Assembly (NCBI GenBank): GCA_024689085.1
Contig: JAILDT010000054.1
Span: 619-64,618 of the forward strand
Source: Clostridia bacterium
GTDB lineage: Bacteria > Bacillota > Clostridia > Peptostreptococcales > Anaerovoracaceae
DNA: 64,000 bases
Direction: 5' to 3'
The notes under the pieces are model-generated. The model was not told the DNA's origin, did no database searches, and saw only the letters and a program-made list of their open reading frames with translations. Within the stretch, counting starts at the first letter, position 1. The number at the start of each line of letters is the position of its first letter. The position numbers were made by a program, and so were the translations under genes. Below, piece by piece: positions 60,066 through 64,000 of this stretch.

Positions 60066-61065
60066 ACGAAACAGAGACGAGATGAAAACAGATAACATAT
60101 TCAGTAATAAAGAAAAAGCCATGTTTGCTCTCAGAGCCCTGTACGCAAGTCATGGCTTTTCTATGTATCGGATGAGTAAGTTCGAGAAGTTCGAACTCTA
60201 CGCGGAGAACATGGACTTCCTGGATTCAGGACAGATCATCACCTTCACGGATACGGACGGGATGCTCATGGCCCTCAAGCCTGACGTGACCCTGTCCATC
60301 GTCAAGAACAACCGGCATATCGGCAACCGCATCATCAAGCTGTTCTACAACGAGAACATCTACAGAGTCTCCCCGAAGACCCACTACTTCCGGGAGATCA
60401 TGCAGGTCGGGCTGGAGTGCCTGGGCAAAGTGGATGACGCCTGCATCAGCGAGGTGCTTTTGCTTGCCGCGGAGAGCATGAACGTGCTGAGTGACGAGGC
60501 AAAGCTGGACGTGTCAAACCTGGATATCCTGACACAGCTCTTCGAGAGCTGCGGCATCAGCAAGGAGACAGAGGAACAGATCACGGCCTGTATCAGCAGC
60601 AAGAATATTCACGGCTTGGAAAAGATCTGCCGAAGCGCGGATCTCGGTCCGGCCAAGGCGAAACTGCTGAAGACGCTGGTCACGACCTACGGCGCGCCGG
60701 AAGATGTCCTTCCGGAACTGGAAGAGGCCTTCCTTGGAAACGGCGTCTTTTCCTTTGAGGAAAAAGAGTCCTTCCGGAAGAGCTTCGGCGCGTTGCAGAA
60801 GATCGTGGACGCTTTTGACGGAACGGGGTTCGAGGCCATGCTCAACATCGACTTCTCCGTTGTAAGCGATCTGAAGTACTACAACGGCATCATCTTTAAG
60901 GGTTTCGCTGCCGGCGTTCCTGACAGTGTTCTGTCAGGCGGTCAGTACGACAAGCTCATGAAGCGGATGAAGCGGACGTCGCGGGCGATTGGCTTCGGCG
61001 TCTATATGGATAATCTGGGCAAGCTCTCCAAATTCGACGGGGAGGAGGTGGAGATCGATGACTGA
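60058..61065 (+). CDS. hisZ: ATP phosphoribosyltransferase regulatory subunit
   Basis: ALKPDVT, Q.G.E, YY.GI.F, GG.YD, AIGF; alternative ATG start at 60082. Confidence 0.92.
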   Translation: MNKRNRDEMKTDNIFSNKEKAMFALRALYASHGFSMYRMSKFEKFELYAENMDFLDSGQIITFTDTDGMLMALKPDVTLSIVKNNRHIGNRIIKLFYNENIYRVSPKTHYFREIMQVGLECLGKVDDACISEVLLLAAESMNVLSDEAKLDVSNLDILTQLFESCGISKETEEQITACISSKNIHGLEKICRSADLGPAKAKLLKTLVTTYGAPEDVLPELEEAFLGNGVFSFEEKESFRKSFGALQKIVDAFDGTGFEAMLNIDFSVVSDLKYYNGIIFKGFAAGVPDSVLSGGQYDKLMKRMKRTSRAIGFGVYMDNLGKLSKFDGEEVEIDD

Positions 61066-61687
61066 TATGATCAACATCGCGCTCCCGAAGGGAAGACTCG
61101 GCGACAGTGTCTACGACATGTTCGAGCAAGCCGGACTGGACTGCCCAGCGATCCGGGAGAAGAGCAGAAAGCTGGTCTTCGAGAATCCGGAAAAGGGAGT
61201 CCGCTTTTTCTGGGTCAAGCCTTCCGACGTAGCCATCTATGTTGAAAGAGGCGCCGCCGACATCGGCGTTGTAGGTAAAGATATCCTGATGGAAGACAGA
61301 ACCAACGTCTACGAACTGCTGGATCTTGGCATCGGCAAATGCCGTATGGTATCCGCAGGGCCTGCGGACTTCAGCTATGACAGCAGCAACGAACTGCGTG
61401 TGGCGACGAAATTCGTCAATGTGGCCAGAGACTTCTACGCGGCCTCCGGCACGGACATCGATATCATCCGTCTGAATGGATCGATCGAACTGGCGCCGAT
61501 TCTGGGACTGTCCGATGTCATCGTGGACCTGGTTGAAACAGGAACGACGCTGCGTGAGAATAACCTGCAGATCATCGACGTGATTGCGGATATCAGCGCC
61601 AGACTTATCGCCAACAAGTCGGCCTTCAAATTCAAGACAAAACAGATTGTGAACATATCAAACAAACTGGAAGACATAATAGAATAA
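61058..61687 (+). CDS. hisG: ATP phosphoribosyltransferase, short form
   Basis: IALPKGR, ADIG.VGKD, VATK, GSIELAP, ETG.TL..N; start MTDM with GGAGGTGG SD. Confidence 0.96.
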   Translation: MTDMINIALPKGRLGDSVYDMFEQAGLDCPAIREKSRKLVFENPEKGVRFFWVKPSDVAIYVERGAADIGVVGKDILMEDRTNVYELLDLGIGKCRMVSAGPADFSYDSSNELRVATKFVNVARDFYAASGTDIDIIRLNGSIELAPILGLSDVIVDLVETGTTLRENNLQIIDVIADISARLIANKSAFKFKTKQIVNISNKLEDIIE

Positions 61688-61710
61688 ATGTAAAAGCATC
61701 AGAGCACAGC

Positions 61711-62793
61711 ATGAGCAGATTCTTAAACAGTAAGTACAATAATCTTGCGCCGTACGTTCCGGGGGAACAGCCTCAGGATCAGCAGTACGTGAAACTGAAT
61801 ACCAACGAGTCGCCGTTTCCGCCGTCCCGGGCGGCCGTCTACAGAGCGGCCCGCGCAGCGGAGCGACTGCAGCTTTACTCAGACCCTGACTGCAGGGCGC
61901 TGGCGGAAAAGCTGGCGGCACGTCTTGCAGAAGACAGCGAACTACCGTTGACAGAAGGCAACGTGATCATCACCAATGGCTCGGACGAAGTGCTCAACTT
62001 CGCCTTCATGACATTTTGCGGCAGCGAAAAACCGGCAGTCTTTCCGGACATCACCTACGGATTCTATCCGGTGTTCGCGGACATGAACGGCGTGCCGTAC
62101 CGCGAGATTCCCCTCGATGATGAATTGCGGATCCGGCCGGCGGACTACATGTGCGCAGGAGGAACGCTCTTCATCGCCAATCCGAACGCGCATACAGGCG
62201 TCGCGTTAAGCCGCGATGAAATCGAAGAGATCCTGCGGGGCAATCCTGACGATCTGGTCGTCGTGGATGAGGCCTACGTGGACTTCGGCGCAGAGAGCAG
62301 TCTGCCTTTGCTGGGCAAGTACGACAACCTGCTCGTCGTGCAGACCTTCTCCAAGTCACGGTCTCTGGCGGGAGCCAGATTGGGTTTCGGGGTCGCGTCA
62401 GAAGAGATCATCCGTGACCTGAACACCATCCGGTTTTCCACCAATCCGTACAACGTCAACGCCATGACCATGGAAGCGGGAATCGGTGTGCTTGAGGAGG
62501 AGGATTACATCCGACGGAACTGCGAAGCAATCATCGTTAATAGGCGATATGTGCAGGAACAGCTCAAGGCCATGGGTTTTGAGTTAACTGACTCCGTCGC
62601 CAACTTTATTTTCATGAAGCATCCGACGGTCGACGGCGGCAGAATATACGAAGAGATGAAGAAGAGAGGCGTACTGATTCGCCACTTCACCAAGGAGAGG
62701 ATGGCGCAGTACAACAGAGTTACGATAGGAAGCAGAGAACAGATGGATATCTTCCTGACGGTTCTCGGAGAGGTGATAGAGGAATTGAAATGA
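61711..62793 (+). CDS. hisC: Histidinol-phosphate aminotransferase
   Basis: KLNTNESP, NGSDE, VDEAY, TFSK...LAG.RLG. Confidence 0.96.
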   Translation: MSRFLNSKYNNLAPYVPGEQPQDQQYVKLNTNESPFPPSRAAVYRAARAAERLQLYSDPDCRALAEKLAARLAEDSELPLTEGNVIITNGSDEVLNFAFMTFCGSEKPAVFPDITYGFYPVFADMNGVPYREIPLDDELRIRPADYMCAGGTLFIANPNAHTGVALSRDEIEEILRGNPDDLVVVDEAYVDFGAESSLPLLGKYDNLLVVQTFSKSRSLAGARLGFGVASEEIIRDLNTIRFSTNPYNVNAMTMEAGIGVLEEEDYIRRNCEAIIVNRRYVQEQLKAMGFELTDSVANFIFMKHPTVDGGRIYEEMKKRGVLIRHFTKERMAQYNRVTIGSREQMDIFLTVLGEVIEELK

Positions 62794-63377
62794 GAGCAGC
62801 GGAAGTAAGCAGAGCGACAGCGGAAACAGCCATCACCGTCAGACTGGAACTGGACGGCAAGGGCGGATCGGACATCCAGACAGGGGTCGGATTTCTCGAT
62901 CACATGCTCCAGCTGTTCGCGAAACACGGTAAGTTCGATCTGGACGTTCGGTGCAGCGGCGATACATATGTGGACGATCACCACACAGTAGAAGACGTGG
63001 GCATCGCACTGGGGGAAGCTTTTGCAAAAGCACTCGGAGACAAAAAGGGCATCTGTCGGTACGGCAGCGCCATCATTCCAATGGATGAAGCGCTCATCAT
63101 GACGGCAGTCGATTTCTCCGGACGGAGTTATCTTGGTTTTGCGCTGGATATTCCGACGGCGAAAGTCGGAACCTTCGACACGGAGCTTGTGGAAGAATTC
63201 TGGATGGGCTTTACGAGAAACGCGGCGTGCAATCTGCACATCCGGCAGCTGGCGGGTACGAACTCTCACCACATCATTGAGGGAGCCTTCAAGTCCGCGG
63301 CGCGGAGTATGCGTGAAGCCGTGAAGATCGACGAGGCCTTCGCGGAGGAGATTCCATCGACGAAAGGAGTTCTGTAA
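62790..63377 (+). CDS. hisB: Imidazoleglycerol-phosphate dehydratase
   Basis: FLDHML, DDHH.VED, PMDE, NSHH..E..FK, PSTKG. Confidence 0.97.
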   Translation: MRAAEVSRATAETAITVRLELDGKGGSDIQTGVGFLDHMLQLFAKHGKFDLDVRCSGDTYVDDHHTVEDVGIALGEAFAKALGDKKGICRYGSAIIPMDEALIMTAVDFSGRSYLGFALDIPTAKVGTFDTELVEEFWMGFTRNAACNLHIRQLAGTNSHHIIEGAFKSAARSMREAVKIDEAFAEEIPSTKGVL

Positions 63378-64000
63378 GTGATAGCGATCATCGACTATGG
63401 CGTGGGGAATCTCTTTTCCCTGCAGAGTTCACTGAACTACATCGGGCAGGAAGCGCGCGTGACGGCGGACCCGGACATCATCGAAGAGGCGGACCGGATC
63501 ATACTGCCGGGCGTTGGCGCCTTCGAAGACGCGGCGCGGAAACTGGGCGAGAGCGGAATGGCAGACCTGGTGATTTCCCAGGCAAAAGCAGGGAAGCCGC
63601 TGATGGGGATTTGCCTCGGCATGCAGCTTTTGTTCGAGAAGAGCTACGAGTATGGCGAGCACGAAGGGCTCGGCCTGATCAAAGGCAGCATCGTGCCTAT
63701 CAAAGACGCCGTTCCGAACCATTACAAGATTCCGCACATCGGATGGAATGCGCTGGCGTTTGCGGGCAGAGCGGCGGAAGAGCGCGAGCCTCTGTTCAAG
63801 TACATCGATGAGGGCGACCATGTGTATTTCGTCCATTCTTACTATGGGGCGGATTGCGCGGACAGCACCATCGCGCTGACGGAGTACGGTGCGCCGATCA
63901 CAGCGGCTGTCGCCGACGGCAAAGTCTACGGCTGCCAGTTCCATCCGGAGAAGAGCGGCAAGGTCGGGCTCAACATTCTGAAGGCGTTCTGCGAGATTTA
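63378..64000 (+). CDS. hisH: Imidazole glycerol phosphate synthase glutaminase subunit (stop codon probably at the window edge)
   Basis: Translated by hand from GTG 63378: IAIIDYGVGN, LPGVGAF, GICLGMQ, PHIGWN, YFVHSY, QFHPEKSG. Confidence 0.96.
   Translation, partial: MIAIIDYGVGNLFSLQSSLNYIGQEARVTADPDIIEEADRIILPGVGAFEDAARKLGESGMADLVISQAKAGKPLMGICLGMQLLFEKSYEYGEHEGLGLIKGSIVPIKDAVPNHYKIPHIGWNALAFAGRAAEEREPLFKYIDEGDHVYFVHSYYGADCADSTIALTEYGAPITAAVADGKVYGCQFHPEKSGKVGLNILKAFCEI

Noticed and set aside
1-64000. tRNA, rRNA, SRP RNA (often near tadA), IS elements
   Set aside because: No intergenic space with recognisable signatures was found by eye; a covariance-model scan would be needed to exclude small RNAs fully

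Overview
This is the replication-origin region of an anaerobic Firmicute (Clostridia). The synteny and AGA-rich codon use suggest a Peptostreptococcales/Anaerovoracaceae-like organism, but that is inference only. Gene orientation flips at dnaA/rpmH (~41.6 kb). The left arm is almost all on the minus strand: metG, an FN3-CHAP hydrolase, a cobamide nucleotide-loop cluster (QueG-like, cobT, cobS, two cobU paralogues, cobC), hup, larE-like, a degenerate phosphohexomutase, gntR-ispE, a tightly coupled gdpP-rplI-helicase-dnaD-M23-ftsB-rsmA-ltaS-GNAT-tadA run, rpsF-ssb-rpsR, trpS, gyrAB, recF, dnaN and dnaA. The right arm is on the plus strand: rpmH-rnpA-yidD-yidC-jag-mnmEG-rsmG-parAB with two perfect parS sites, a CofE-like ligase, a THF-dependent histidine-utilisation operon, and directly after it the his biosynthesis operon. 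oriC has a recognisable DnaA-box/DnaA-trio unwinding module. I see no rRNA, tRNA, CRISPR or mobile element. The most notable items are: a DnaD fused to the Zn-binding N-terminus of the helicase loader with no AAA+ domain; HisR-type operators in front of both adjacent hut and his operons; several intact ORFs that have lost catalytic residues (phosphomutase, shikimate kinase, transglutaminase domain); a QueG-like Fe-S protein heading the cob cluster; and a parS embedded in a long hairpin.
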